32,000 nt of DNA from Candidatus Diapherotrites archaeon CG08_land_8_20_14_0_20_30_16 (GTDB lineage Archaea; Iainarchaeota; Iainarchaeia; Iainarchaeales; 0-14-0-20-30-16): positions 1-32,000 of the forward strand of contig PEXK01000017.1 in NCBI GenBank assembly GCA_002779075.1, written 5' to 3'. Positions 1-8,818 of this stretch are shown here, in pieces; the stretch's first letter is position 1, and the number at the start of each line of letters is the position of its first letter. The notes beneath the pieces are model-generated. The model was not told the origin of the DNA. It saw nothing but the letters and a program-made list of their open reading frames with translations, and searched no databases. Made by a program: the position numbers and the translations under genes.

Positions 1-82
1 AATCTACTAGAAAATAAATTGCAAGCAGAACAAACAAAATAATAAATACAAAAAATATCTGCTTCTTTGTTGCTTCTTCCAT
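1..82 (-). CDS. N-terminal part of a small membrane or secreted protein; the gene runs off the left edge
   Basis: ATG at 82-80 (reverse strand) reads MEEATKKQIFFVFIILFVLLAIYFLVD: charged head followed by a hydrophobic helix. Lies 17 nt downstream of the lon stop on the same strand. Confidence 0.35.
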   Translation of the reverse strand, partial: MEEATKKQIFFVFIILFVLLAIYFLVD

Positions 83-99
83 ATATTATCACATCAAAA

Positions 100-1974
100 T
101 TATTTCTTCATTCCCAAATTTAATTCTTTTTTTAATCTTTCTAATAAAACCTTTTTTGTATTGCCATTTATTAAAGCAACTTCTAAAATATCATATAAAT
201 CATGTGCAGGTATTATTTTAATCTTATTCTTATCTTCGTCCAGCAGAACAACATCATCAATATTCGCTTTTGGCAAAATTACTTTAGCGAAACCTGCTTT
301 GATCGCTGCATTAACTTTTGCTGTTGCGCCACCAATAGGCAAAACCTCGCCTTTAACACTTAATGAACCAGTCATTGCTATGCTTTGGTCTATAGGCATA
401 TTGGATATTGCAGATATTACTGCAGTTATAATTGAAACTGATGCACTATCGCCTTCAACCCCAGAATAGGTCTGTAAAAACTGTATATGAATATCATAAT
501 TTGATAAATCTACTTTCGAGATCCTTTTTATCAAAGCAGAAATGTTCAAAACAGCTTCCTTAGCAATCTCTCCTAACTTGCCTGTTGCAACAATCTTGCC
601 CTCAGTTTTAGACTGGGCAGGAGATATCTCAGCTTCAATAGGAATAACAGTGCCTGTTTGCATATCATTTAATACTGCTAGGCCATTTACCTTTCCAACC
701 TTTTTGCCTTTTGTTTCAAATACTTCATAATTCTTTGTAATTTCAATATGCTTTTCAATCATCTGCTCTTCTAATGTCCTAGACAGCTTTTTAGCATCTA
801 AAACATCATTAGCATCAACAATGTTCTTGCCTCTTTCTAAAGCCAAATCACCACTTGCTCTTATAAGCCCACCCAACTCTCTCATCTTAAGTGTCAATTT
901 GCTCTTTGTTGATGCTCTTCTCCTTGCTTCAAAAATAATAACTTCAACTGCTTCTTTTGTGAAAGAGGGTATTTTTGCATCCATTTTGATTTCTTGTGCA
1001 ACAAACTGAACAAGCTTATCCCTGTTCTCTGGAGTATCATCCATGTCTTTGTTTATGTAAATTTCATAACCATAACCCCTTATACGCGATCTCAAAGCAG
1101 GGTGCACATTTTGCAGTGCCTCATAATTGCCTGCAGCAACTAAAACAAAATCACAGGGAACTGGCTTTGTTCTTACCATTGCCCCTGAAGATAGCTCACT
1201 TTGGCCTGTTATACTTGTTCTCTTCTCTTGCAAAGCAGTCAATAAATCCTGCTGGGAATTTGGGCCCAAAGTAGCCATTTCATCAATAAATAACACCCCT
1301 TTATTTGCTTTGTGAATATATCCCGGCATAACCCTTAAATGAGCAGGAGTGCCCAGGCCCCCAGTCTGAAGTGGATCATGTTTCACGTCCCCAAACATGG
1401 CGCCTGCTTTAGCACCTGTAGCATCAACAAAAGGCGCTGTTTTCTTGCCTTCATTGTCTATTAATATTTTAGGAGTTTTTATTTCGCTTCTTAACTTCAT
1501 TTGCGAAGACAAGGCCAAACCAACAACAATAAATGCCCCTACCAAAAGAGTTGCTGCAAAAATTATGTCTGATATGTAGCCTAATTCCCAAAAAATAAAA
1601 GCCAAAATAAACCAACCTAAAGGGATCAAAAAGGATATCAACTTGAAAGAGTCTTGTGTACTTTTTTCTTCTAAACTTATGCCTTGAACCATTTTCTTTG
1701 CTTCGCCAGCATCAACAACTTGGATAACAGGCTCGTTTGAATCCAAAGGATTGGGATATGATAAAATATCGTACAACTTATCTATTGGCATAATGTCAGC
1801 CATTGCTTTTGCAAGCATTGATTTTCCTGTACCTGGTTCTCCAACTAACAAAACATTTCTTCTCTGCTTAGCCGCTTTTCTAATTAAATTAACAGCAGAA
1901 TCTTGGCCAATAACCTGATCTATTAATTTTTCAGGCACCTTAATCTCAGCAGTTGTTTTATAATTTAATACCAT
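100..1974 (-). CDS. lon: Archaeal membrane-bound Lon protease (LonB type)
   Basis: Walker [14 protein letters not shown]. Two hydrophobic helices are inserted in the AAA+ module ([34 protein letters not shown]). C-terminal Lon Ser motif GDSASV. The ORF-track start at 1992 is TTG; the ATG at 1974 (MVLNYK) lies about 25 nt after a TATA-like atatataatt and seems more likely. Confidence 0.93.
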   Translation of the reverse strand: MVLNYKTTAEIKVPEKLIDQVIGQDSAVNLIRKAAKQRRNVLLVGEPGTGKSMLAKAMADIMPIDKLYDILSYPNPLDSNEPVIQVVDAGEAKKMVQGISLEEKSTQDSFKLISFLIPLGWFILAFIFWELGYISDIIFAATLLVGAFIVVGLALSSQMKLRSEIKTPKILIDNEGKKTAPFVDATGAKAGAMFGDVKHDPLQTGGLGTPAHLRVMPGYIHKANKGVLFIDEMATLGPNSQQDLLTALQEKRTSITGQSELSSGAMVRTKPVPCDFVLVAAGNYEALQNVHPALRSRIRGYGYEIYINKDMDDTPENRDKLVQFVAQEIKMDAKIPSFTKEAVEVIIFEARRRASTKSKLTLKMRELGGLIRASGDLALERGKNIVDANDVLDAKKLSRTLEEQMIEKHIEITKNYEVFETKGKKVGKVNGLAVLNDMQTGTVIPIEAEISPAQSKTEGKIVATGKLGEIAKEAVLNISALIKRISKVDLSNYDIHIQFLQTYSGVEGDSASVSIITAVISAISNMPIDQSIAMTGSLSVKGEVLPIGGATAKVNAAIKAGFAKVILPKANIDDVVLLDEDKNKIKIIPAHDLYDILEVALINGNTKKVLLERLKKELNLGMKK

Positions 1975-2121
1975 AATCTCACAATTAGCCAATTATATAT
2001 TAATCAATTATATATAAGTTATGCAACTTGCAATATTTAAACCTTTATGCTTTATTTAAAAAAACATAGCCAATGCTAAAAATTCCTAAAGAATTAAAAA
2101 CCCTTTTGATGTAATTAGTTA

Positions 2122-3294
2122 GTGCTTCTGATTGTTTTACTTGGCACACTCATTGCAACAATAGTAGGAATTATTTCTGGTCTAATCCCTGGACTGCACA
2201 TAAACAACATAATTTATTTAATTTCTTCAGCAAATATTTCTTTAGAGATTAAAGCAATTGTTTTTATTCTAAGCTCTGTTGTTTTTTGTTTTATCAGCAT
2301 AATTCCAGCAACAATATTCTCAATTCCTAATACAGACAACTTTGTTTCAACAATGCCAGCACAAAAACTATTTTTAAGGGGCAAGGGATTTTATGCAATT
2401 TATTTATATTGCACAGGAGCAATAAACGCAATAATTTTTGGTCTGCCTTTAATTGCATTATTTCTGGTTTTATTAAAATACTTGCCAACAGCAATTAATT
2501 TATTAACTCCTTTTGTTCTATTAATTGGATTGGCGTGCTTATTTTTCCAAACAAAAAACTATTTTGGATATTTAATAATTATATTTTCTGGTCTTGTGGG
2601 TTATTTTTCTTTGCAGTTTGCTTTTGTTGAAAACCCATTACTTGTTATAGTCTCTGGATTATTTGGTGCAAGCAACATTTTGTTTGCAATGCAAAATAAA
2701 ATAAAATTACCCAAACAAAGTCTTTACATAGAAAAAATAGATTTAATAACAAAAATTAAAGTGGGCGTTATTAGCCCTTGTTTATCAATATTTGTTTCCC
2801 TTTTCCCTGGTCTGGGTAATGGTTTTGCAACATATTTCGGAACTAAATTAGCACAAATAAAAGAAGAGGGCTACATTTTAATGAATGGTGCGATCAATGT
2901 TTTAGTGATGATTCTTTCTTTTTTCTGTGTTTATTTTATTGGAAAAACAAGAACTGCGTCTGCAGTTTTCTTTGAAAACTTCACTAAAAACACTTTTGTT
3001 TTTTCTTTTGGTTGGATTTTATTTTTCTGTTTGATAGGGGTTGTTTTGGGATACTTTCTAACAATTTATTTGAGCAAAAAAATATTAGTTTTAGCACAGA
3101 ACTTCAATTATAAAATAATTAACATCTTGATTCTTGCCTTCTTACATTTAATTGTTCTTTTGTTTTCAAACTTTTTGGGGCTTGTTGTTTTCTGGGTGTG
3201 CACACTAATTGGTTACCTCTGCATAAGAACAGAAAATCCTAGGTTATTAATGATCTCTTGTATTATTGTGCCTGTATTGATTTATTTTGTGTAG
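2122..3294 (+). CDS. Polytopic integral membrane protein, possibly a TctA/DUF112-like permease
   Basis: 390-aa ORF with a GTG start, hydrophobic almost throughout (10 or more predicted helices). GLIPGLH near the N-terminus resembles TctA-family permeases. The family assignment is tentative. Confidence 0.55.
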   Translation: MLLIVLLGTLIATIVGIISGLIPGLHINNIIYLISSANISLEIKAIVFILSSVVFCFISIIPATIFSIPNTDNFVSTMPAQKLFLRGKGFYAIYLYCTGAINAIIFGLPLIALFLVLLKYLPTAINLLTPFVLLIGLACLFFQTKNYFGYLIIIFSGLVGYFSLQFAFVENPLLVIVSGLFGASNILFAMQNKIKLPKQSLYIEKIDLITKIKVGVISPCLSIFVSLFPGLGNGFATYFGTKLAQIKEEGYILMNGAINVLVMILSFFCVYFIGKTRTASAVFFENFTKNTFVFSFGWILFFCLIGVVLGYFLTIYLSKKILVLAQNFNYKIINILILAFLHLIVLLFSNFLGLVVFWVCTLIGYLCIRTENPRLLMISCIIVPVLIYFV

Positions 3295-3324
3295 ATTTTT
3301 AAAGGTTTGTAGCTATATCTTTAT

Positions 3325-3645
3325 ATGGATGCTGAATCAAAGAAAAACTTTATTATATTTCTTGAAAAGAACCCTAAGCTTTATGCAATAGCAAAAAGCG
3401 ACATGTGTATTTCTCTGCTTGGGCAACTATCAAAACAGGGTCTGCCTGTTGATGAAATCAAAAAAATAAAAGGGTTTAGTTTCATGACCGAAAAGGACAT
3501 TGAGACTCTTTTGGAACTACTTGTTACATTGAAGGTTCTGAATAAAGAAAAGATTGTGGGCAAAACAATTTATTTTGCAAATAATAATACAAAACTATTT
3601 TTAGAAATATACAATGAAACAAAAAAACAATATAATGTGGGATAA
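3325..3645 (+). CDS. Small hypothetical protein (106 aa), translationally coupled to taw3
   Basis: Its stop overlaps the taw3 start (TAATG at 3643-3647). No diagnostic motif was recognised. Confidence 0.55.
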   Translation: MDAESKKNFIIFLEKNPKLYAIAKSDMCISLLGQLSKQGLPVDEIKKIKGFSFMTEKDIETLLELLVTLKVLNKEKIVGKTIYFANNNTKLFLEIYNETKKQYNVG

Positions 3646-4244
3646 TGACTGAAGATTTAGAATCTGTACGATTTAGAATGACTAAGAATACCAGTATGGG
3701 CAAACTTGCAAATGCAATTGATAAAAAAAAAGTAGATGCTGTGCTTGTTCCTTTTTTGAAAAGATTTAATAAAAAGAAAAATATTTTTACAAGCTCAAGT
3801 TGTGCAGGAAGAATAATGCTTTTGGGCGCAGATAAAGATGAACATAAAATGCCTGGCTTATTTGCAGGCAAATGGCATAGAACAGTTAAATTGAAAGAAG
3901 TCTACGATATATTAAAAAAAGATTTACCTTATCAAGAAATCTGGTTTAAACAAGAATCATTTATTTTTCATTTTGTTTGCAAGAACTTGCCCACAGCAAT
4001 AAAGGTATTGCATTTAAAGGCAAGATTAGGAATAAAAAGAGGCGGAATTTTCAATATAGATGAAGGAAGGTACATTATTGAATTAACAGGTACAAGTAAC
4101 ATGAGTCTGCCTGTAAAATTTGGAAATGAAACCCTCCTTAATGTAGGGCAGTTGGAAAAAATAATAAAAAAGGCAAATCAAAAATTAACAAAGAATTACA
4201 CAATATTAAAAAAGGTAATGAAAGAATTTCAGAAGGAATTGTAA
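3645..4244 (+). CDS. taw3: tRNA wyosine-derivative methyltransferase Taw3 (TYW3 family)
   Basis: Contains the TYW3 signature SSSCAGRI (family consensus S-S-C-S/A-G-R-I). Its 199 aa is typical of archaeal Taw3. Confidence 0.8.
   Translation: MTEDLESVRFRMTKNTSMGKLANAIDKKKVDAVLVPFLKRFNKKKNIFTSSSCAGRIMLLGADKDEHKMPGLFAGKWHRTVKLKEVYDILKKDLPYQEIWFKQESFIFHFVCKNLPTAIKVLHLKARLGIKRGGIFNIDEGRYIIELTGTSNMSLPVKFGNETLLNVGQLEKIIKKANQKLTKNYTILKKVMKEFQKEL
4209..4229. repeat. Left copy of a 21-bp direct repeat (aaaaaggtaatgaaagaattt) inside the taw3 3' end
   Basis: Matches 5976-5996 (aaaaagataatgaaagaattt) at 20 of 21 positions in the same orientation. The two copies bracket the two-gene segment 4245-5875. Confidence 0.6.
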
Positions 4245-4670
4245 TTAAATAAATTCTGGCTTTGGATAACTTCTATAAACACATTGATATTGATCTGCAA
4301 GACTAACCATTTTCAAATCTTTTGCACTACCAAATTGTGCTCTTTTGATATCAAATCCTTTTTTGTGTAGATATAAACCTAATTCTTTAATTATAATGTG
4401 GCTTTGTTTTAAATTTAATGGTTTATTGGTTAAATGTACAAATGGAGTTAATACAATTAGTTTGATATTGAACCTTTTCGATAACGGGTCAATATCTCTT
4501 AACAAATCAGAAAAATAATTTTTATCTTCTAATGATTCTATTGTAATCCAAATAGATAATGAGTTTTTAACATCAATGTTCTTGACTGTTTCAACATTGT
4601 TTTGTGCTTTTTGAGATTTTATTGGATTTCCTATAAAATAAGAATCGCAATGCCAAATTATTAATTTCAT
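4245..4670 (-). CDS. Free-standing archaeal ThrRS N-terminal editing-domain (tRNA-Thr_ED / DTD-like fold) protein
   Basis: The 141-aa protein aligns by eye along its length with the Pyrococcus ThrRS editing domain as I recall it: LSIWITIESLEDKN vs VLVAFISVEKVDEKN; TPFVHLT vs YPFAHLS (His retained); KGFDIKRAQFGSAK vs RGFNVGKAPFGYYK. No catalytic or anticodon-binding domain is attached. Confidence 0.75.
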   Translation of the reverse strand: MKLIIWHCDSYFIGNPIKSQKAQNNVETVKNIDVKNSLSIWITIESLEDKNYFSDLLRDIDPLSKRFNIKLIVLTPFVHLTNKPLNLKQSHIIIKELGLYLHKKGFDIKRAQFGSAKDLKMVSLADQYQCVYRSYPKPEFI

Positions 4671-4684
4671 TAAAAATCACATCA

Positions 4685-5875
4685 TTATTTAAAAGATTTT
4701 AATTTGTCTAGCAATTCTATTATATTAACAAAAAATACTTCGCAGCCATTTATTCTTACTTTTTGAGATTCACCTTTGTAATATACAACATATGCTTTTG
4801 ATGGTTTATAAATTTCAATAAATGATTTCAAGCTAGGTTCTACATTTGGATTATCACAAGATAACTTTACTTCTATAGGGCTGGTAGTTTTTCCAATTTC
4901 CAATATAAAATCAACTTCTTGTTTTGTTTTTGATTTCCAATATTTGGGATTATAACCTTGTTTTTTTAATTCTGAAAAAACATAATCCTCAAATAAAAAA
5001 CCTTGAGAATCTAAATTTTTGGGGTATTCTGATAATATTGTATTTCTCAAACCGACATCATAAAAATATACTTTCGGTTGTTTTGTAATTTCTTTTAATT
5101 TGTTGGTATAGTAAGGCGACATCTGGTAAATAAAATAACTTTTTTCTAAAGCATTCAAATATTTTTTTATTGTTTGATGAGACATGCCTAAATCTCTAGA
5201 TATACTGTCATAGGAAATTATTTTTGAACAATTTATTGCTAGATATTTAACAAATTTTTCTAAATTGGATATGTCTTCAATGCCAAAATTTTTTGAGACA
5301 TCTTTGTATAACATAGTTTCATATAAATTTTTTAATAATATTTTTTTTTCATCAATATTTTTAGTTATAAAAACTTTGGGATATGCCCCATAACTGCATT
5401 GATCAAAAATTGTTCTTTCAATTATTTTGTTTGTCTTGATTTTAATGTTTTCCGAATTAAAAATTTCTATTAAAGAAAATTGGAATAATCTTAATATTGA
5501 TGCTCTTCCAACTAAATAAGATAATACTTCTTTGCCAGCCAAAATTTCTGATGATGAACTTAATAATAATTTATATCCTTTATCTGCCAAATATTTTATT
5601 TTGGGGCCTACTTCTTTGCCATATTGAATTTCATCAATAAATGTAACATTATAACCAACACAATACTGTTTTTCAAATAATTTAATATCATCATTAAACA
5701 AGAATTTTGCATCGGGGTCATCTAAAGAAATAGAATTAGTATTTTTTATTTTTTTAATTTCGTTATTTAAAAAAGTTGTTTTGCCTGTTTGTTTAGGGCC
5801 CAATACTGCAACTACCTTATATAGCTCAAAATGCTTTTGAAATATTGATTCTAAAGCCCTATTAATATAAACCAT
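4685..5875 (-). CDS. AAA+ ATPase of the AAA_14 / DUF4143 type
   Basis: Walker A GPKQTGKTT at residues 26-34 and Walker B-like FIDEIQ. The C-terminal half has the DUF4143-like layout with a PD-(D/E)xK-like tail (EVDFILE, IEVK). ATG start; TATA-like ttaaata about 22 nt upstream suggests a leaderless or short-leader transcript. Confidence 0.8.
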   Translation of the reverse strand: MVYINRALESIFQKHFELYKVVAVLGPKQTGKTTFLNNEIKKIKNTNSISLDDPDAKFLFNDDIKLFEKQYCVGYNVTFIDEIQYGKEVGPKIKYLADKGYKLLLSSSSEILAGKEVLSYLVGRASILRLFQFSLIEIFNSENIKIKTNKIIERTIFDQCSYGAYPKVFITKNIDEKKILLKNLYETMLYKDVSKNFGIEDISNLEKFVKYLAINCSKIISYDSISRDLGMSHQTIKKYLNALEKSYFIYQMSPYYTNKLKEITKQPKVYFYDVGLRNTILSEYPKNLDSQGFLFEDYVFSELKKQGYNPKYWKSKTKQEVDFILEIGKTTSPIEVKLSCDNPNVEPSLKSFIEIYKPSKAYVVYYKGESQKVRINGCEVFFVNIIELLDKLKSFK

Positions 5876-5922
5876 ATAATATACTAATCCTTAAGTCTAT
5901 TTAAGCTTTTCGCTTACTTTTC

Positions 5923-5938
5923 CTAACATTAATGTTAG
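5923..5938. promoter_or_regulatory. 16-bp perfect palindrome CTAACATTAATGTTAG immediately upstream of the ATPase promoter
   Basis: Perfect dyad at 5923-5938, extended by CTTACT (5914-5919) / AGTAAG (5943-5948) after a 4x4 mismatch. It sits just upstream of the TATA-like element of gene 4685-5875. Confidence 0.4.
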
Positions 5939-5975
5939 CTTTAGTAAGATTTATGAAGAAAATTATAAAGCATAG

Positions 5976-5996
5976 AAAAAGATAATGAAAGAATTT
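5976..5996. repeat. Right copy of the 21-bp direct repeat
   Basis: aaaaagataatgaaagaattt matches 4209-4229 at 20 of 21 positions. Read in the taw3 frame it would continue KKIMKEFGMCKEFLSNS*, an alternative taw3 C-terminus. Confidence 0.6.
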
Positions 5997-6014
5997 GGAA
6001 TGTGCAAAGAATTC

Positions 6015-7901
6015 TTATCTAATTCTTAAACATTCTAGATTTTTTGGGGCATAGCATGAAATGTTGAATCTTTGAGATATGTATTTTGAAAAAGAAACGC
6101 ATTTTTCTTCTTCGCCGTGATTTATGTAAATTCTTTTTGGCATAGGATTTAAATTTCTCACATAGTTCACTAATTGATTCCTATCACAATGTCCTGAATA
6201 TCCTTCTATAGTGACTATTTCTAAGTTAACAGGTATTTTCTTGAGCTTGCCATTCTCAGTTATTGTTAGTTCTTTCATACCCTCTTGTAATCTTCTACCC
6301 AAAGATCCTTTCGATTGCCAACCTACAAATATTAAAGTATCTTTTGGATTTTCTGCAAATCTGTGCAAAAATTCAACTGAAAACCCACCAGTCATCATAC
6401 CAGAAGTCGCTAATATTACGTTTCCTGTGTTGCTTATAACATCTTCAAAATCCTGTTTTGTTGTAATTTCTTTAAATAAAGGGTTGTTAAAAGGTGAGTT
6501 GTTCTGCAGAACTCTTCTTTTCAAATTATCTTTAAAATAATCTGGGTATGCTGTATGAACTGAACAAACTTCTTTTATCAAACCTGCCAAAAAAACACTT
6601 TTTGTTTGCAATCTGTTGTATCTGAAATATTCTTCCAAAACTACCATTACTTCTTGTGATCTTCCAACTGCAAATACAGGAATCAAAACATTTCCGCCAC
6701 GCTTTACTGTTTCATTAATTACTGAAATCAATCTATCTTCTGCAATATTTCTTTGTGGCATAATATCATTTGGCCCGCCATAAGTGCTTTCTAAAATCAG
6801 TGTTTCCAATCTAGGATAATTCTCTTCTAAATTATTAAATAAACGAGTAAAACCAAATTTGATATCCCCAGAATACATCAAATTGTGCGTTCCATCGCCA
6901 ATATGCAAATGCACGCTTGCAGAACCTAAAATATGTGCTGCGTTATGAAATGTCAATCTAACATCTGGTGTTATATCTGTAACTTCCTCATACTCTCTTG
7001 TTATAACATGTTTCAACATTTGAAAAATATCTGCTTCAGTGTATGGTGCTTCCTGCCCTTCCTTACTTGAAACATTCAAATAATCATACTGCAAAATAAC
7101 CATTAAATCTCTAGTTGGGCTTGTACAATAAACTGGACCATTAAAACCCATTTTATATAAATAAGGCAAAAATGCTGCATGATCTGTGTGTGCGTGAGTA
7201 ATTATAACTGCATCTATTTCGTCTAATGAAAATCTTAAACTTCCTAATTCTGGATACGCATCTCCATTTCCTGCAGGGTTTACACCACAATCTAAAAGTA
7301 TTTTTGAGTTTGCAGTCTCCAACAAGATACAACTTCTTCCAACTTCTCTAAATGCTCCTAAGCAACAAAATCTAACCCAATCCTTTTTGCTTTTCTTTTC
7401 TGCAAAAATCTTTTCTGCAGCATATGCAAAATTCTTTTTTCTTTCGCTGCTGTTCTTGTATAAAACACTTCTGATTTTTTGCAGATAGTGTCCTTCTATT
7501 GTCGGTTTCCTTAATATTATTGGAGTCCATTTAGTCTGTTGAATTATAGCTTTGCTTGTTTGTCCGCCTTTTCCAATTACGAGTCCAGGTTTCAATGCTT
7601 CAATAACAACTTCTGCAAAAGCAGTATCAAAATAAATTGCAAAAACTCCAGCATCCTCAGAAATCAATTTTTGAATTTTTTCTTTCGCTTTTTCAGGCTC
7701 CAATAATTCTGAAACATCACTTCTAATATTTACTTTCTTTTTCAAAGCAAATGCTAAATTAGAAATATATTTGTCATTTTCGTAAAAAGCAGAAATATCT
7801 TTTGTATAAATATAAATTTCTGGACCTAAGAATTCGATCTTGCCAGTATGCATAGTATTCAATGTTGTTTTTATCTCTTTTATTATGTCATCTTTATTCA
7901 A
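6015..7901 (-). CDS. Beta-CASP / metallo-beta-lactamase ribonuclease with N-terminal KH domains (aCPSF1)
   Basis: KH-like GxxG (VIGKGGQT), MBL motif HAHTDH, beta-CASP C-terminal region. 628 aa is typical of aCPSF1. TTG start at 7901 is preceded by GGTGA (7911-7907, reverse strand). Confidence 0.93.
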   Translation of the reverse strand: MNKDDIIKEIKTTLNTMHTGKIEFLGPEIYIYTKDISAFYENDKYISNLAFALKKKVNIRSDVSELLEPEKAKEKIQKLISEDAGVFAIYFDTAFAEVVIEALKPGLVIGKGGQTSKAIIQQTKWTPIILRKPTIEGHYLQKIRSVLYKNSSERKKNFAYAAEKIFAEKKSKKDWVRFCCLGAFREVGRSCILLETANSKILLDCGVNPAGNGDAYPELGSLRFSLDEIDAVIITHAHTDHAAFLPYLYKMGFNGPVYCTSPTRDLMVILQYDYLNVSSKEGQEAPYTEADIFQMLKHVITREYEEVTDITPDVRLTFHNAAHILGSASVHLHIGDGTHNLMYSGDIKFGFTRLFNNLEENYPRLETLILESTYGGPNDIMPQRNIAEDRLISVINETVKRGGNVLIPVFAVGRSQEVMVVLEEYFRYNRLQTKSVFLAGLIKEVCSVHTAYPDYFKDNLKRRVLQNNSPFNNPLFKEITTKQDFEDVISNTGNVILATSGMMTGGFSVEFLHRFAENPKDTLIFVGWQSKGSLGRRLQEGMKELTITENGKLKKIPVNLEIVTIEGYSGHCDRNQLVNYVRNLNPMPKRIYINHGEEEKCVSFSKYISQRFNISCYAPKNLECLRIR

Positions 7902-8047
7902 TTAAATCACCAAAACTGCCACAAATCAAACAAAAAAGAATTCAAAAATAATTAACTAGAAAATTTGATGTTGCTCTCAATTATTCACCTTTCGGCAATT
8001 AGAAAATCTTCACACAATTTATTTTTGCAAAACAAAAACTGTGCTAA

Positions 8048-8665
8048 TCAATCTTTTTTTATGTTTTCAATACCTTTTTTATCAACAATGTAAAGGTCTA
8101 TTTTTTCTCCACCTGTATTAATATCTCTTTTCTTTGAAGCTCTTATAGCTTCGCAAACTAAATTAATTGCTTCCTCTTTAGTCATTTTTTCTTTGTATTT
8201 TGTATCTAAAACACCCATTGCAAAAGGGCTTCCAGAACCAATGCTTGTAAACTTTTTCTGTTCGCCAAAACCGCCTATTGGGTCAACAGCAAATAATTCT
8301 GGAAAATTAATATATCCCCCCACAACGAAAAATGCTTCATAGGGATAATATCTGTTTGCATTAAATATATTTGCTGCCAAAGTAGTTAATGCTTTCACAT
8401 TTATTTTTTTATTTCTTTCATTTTCATACAAAGAAGATTGCATTTTTAATATTCTAATCATTTGTGCTGCATCGCCTTGAGCACCAGCCAAACCAAAAAC
8501 AATTTGTTTAGTTATTGGGAAGACTTTTTGTGTTTCTAATTCAATCGCCATATATCCTAAAGTACTTTGCTGATCTGAAGCAACAATTACAAAATCATTT
8601 GTTCTTAATCCCACAACAGTAGTACCGCTTTTCAAAGTTGCGTATTTACTCTCTTGGCCACCCAA
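8048..8665 (-). CDS. psmB: Proteasome subunit beta
   Basis: Propeptide MGGQESKYATLKSG is followed by TTVVG (Thr1 nucleophile), and the protein has the Ntn-hydrolase layout. TTG start is preceded by the purine-rich GAGGGGAG. Confidence 0.93.
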   Translation of the reverse strand: MGGQESKYATLKSGTTVVGLRTNDFVIVASDQQSTLGYMAIELETQKVFPITKQIVFGLAGAQGDAAQMIRILKMQSSLYENERNKKINVKALTTLAANIFNANRYYPYEAFFVVGGYINFPELFAVDPIGGFGEQKKFTSIGSGSPFAMGVLDTKYKEKMTKEEAINLVCEAIRASKKRDINTGGEKIDLYIVDKKGIENIKKD

Positions 8666-8818
8666 AAATACTCCCCTCTCTTTTAATTAGAATATTAAAA
8701 ATTAGATATATAATTTGGAACCATCTTGTTTTTAAATGTTACCCTGCGCCACACACCCATTAACTCCTGCCAGCCCTTGAAAAACTTTACAAGTTTTATT
8801 AGACCTAAGTATTTCTTT

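Noticed and set aside
161-1579. Seven plus-strand ORFs of 60-102 aa (161-469, 542-730, 821-1009, 996-1274, 1127-1315, 1397-1579 and others)
   Set aside because: All lie antisense inside the well-supported lon gene. Their products are low-complexity with no motifs. They are typical shadow ORFs.
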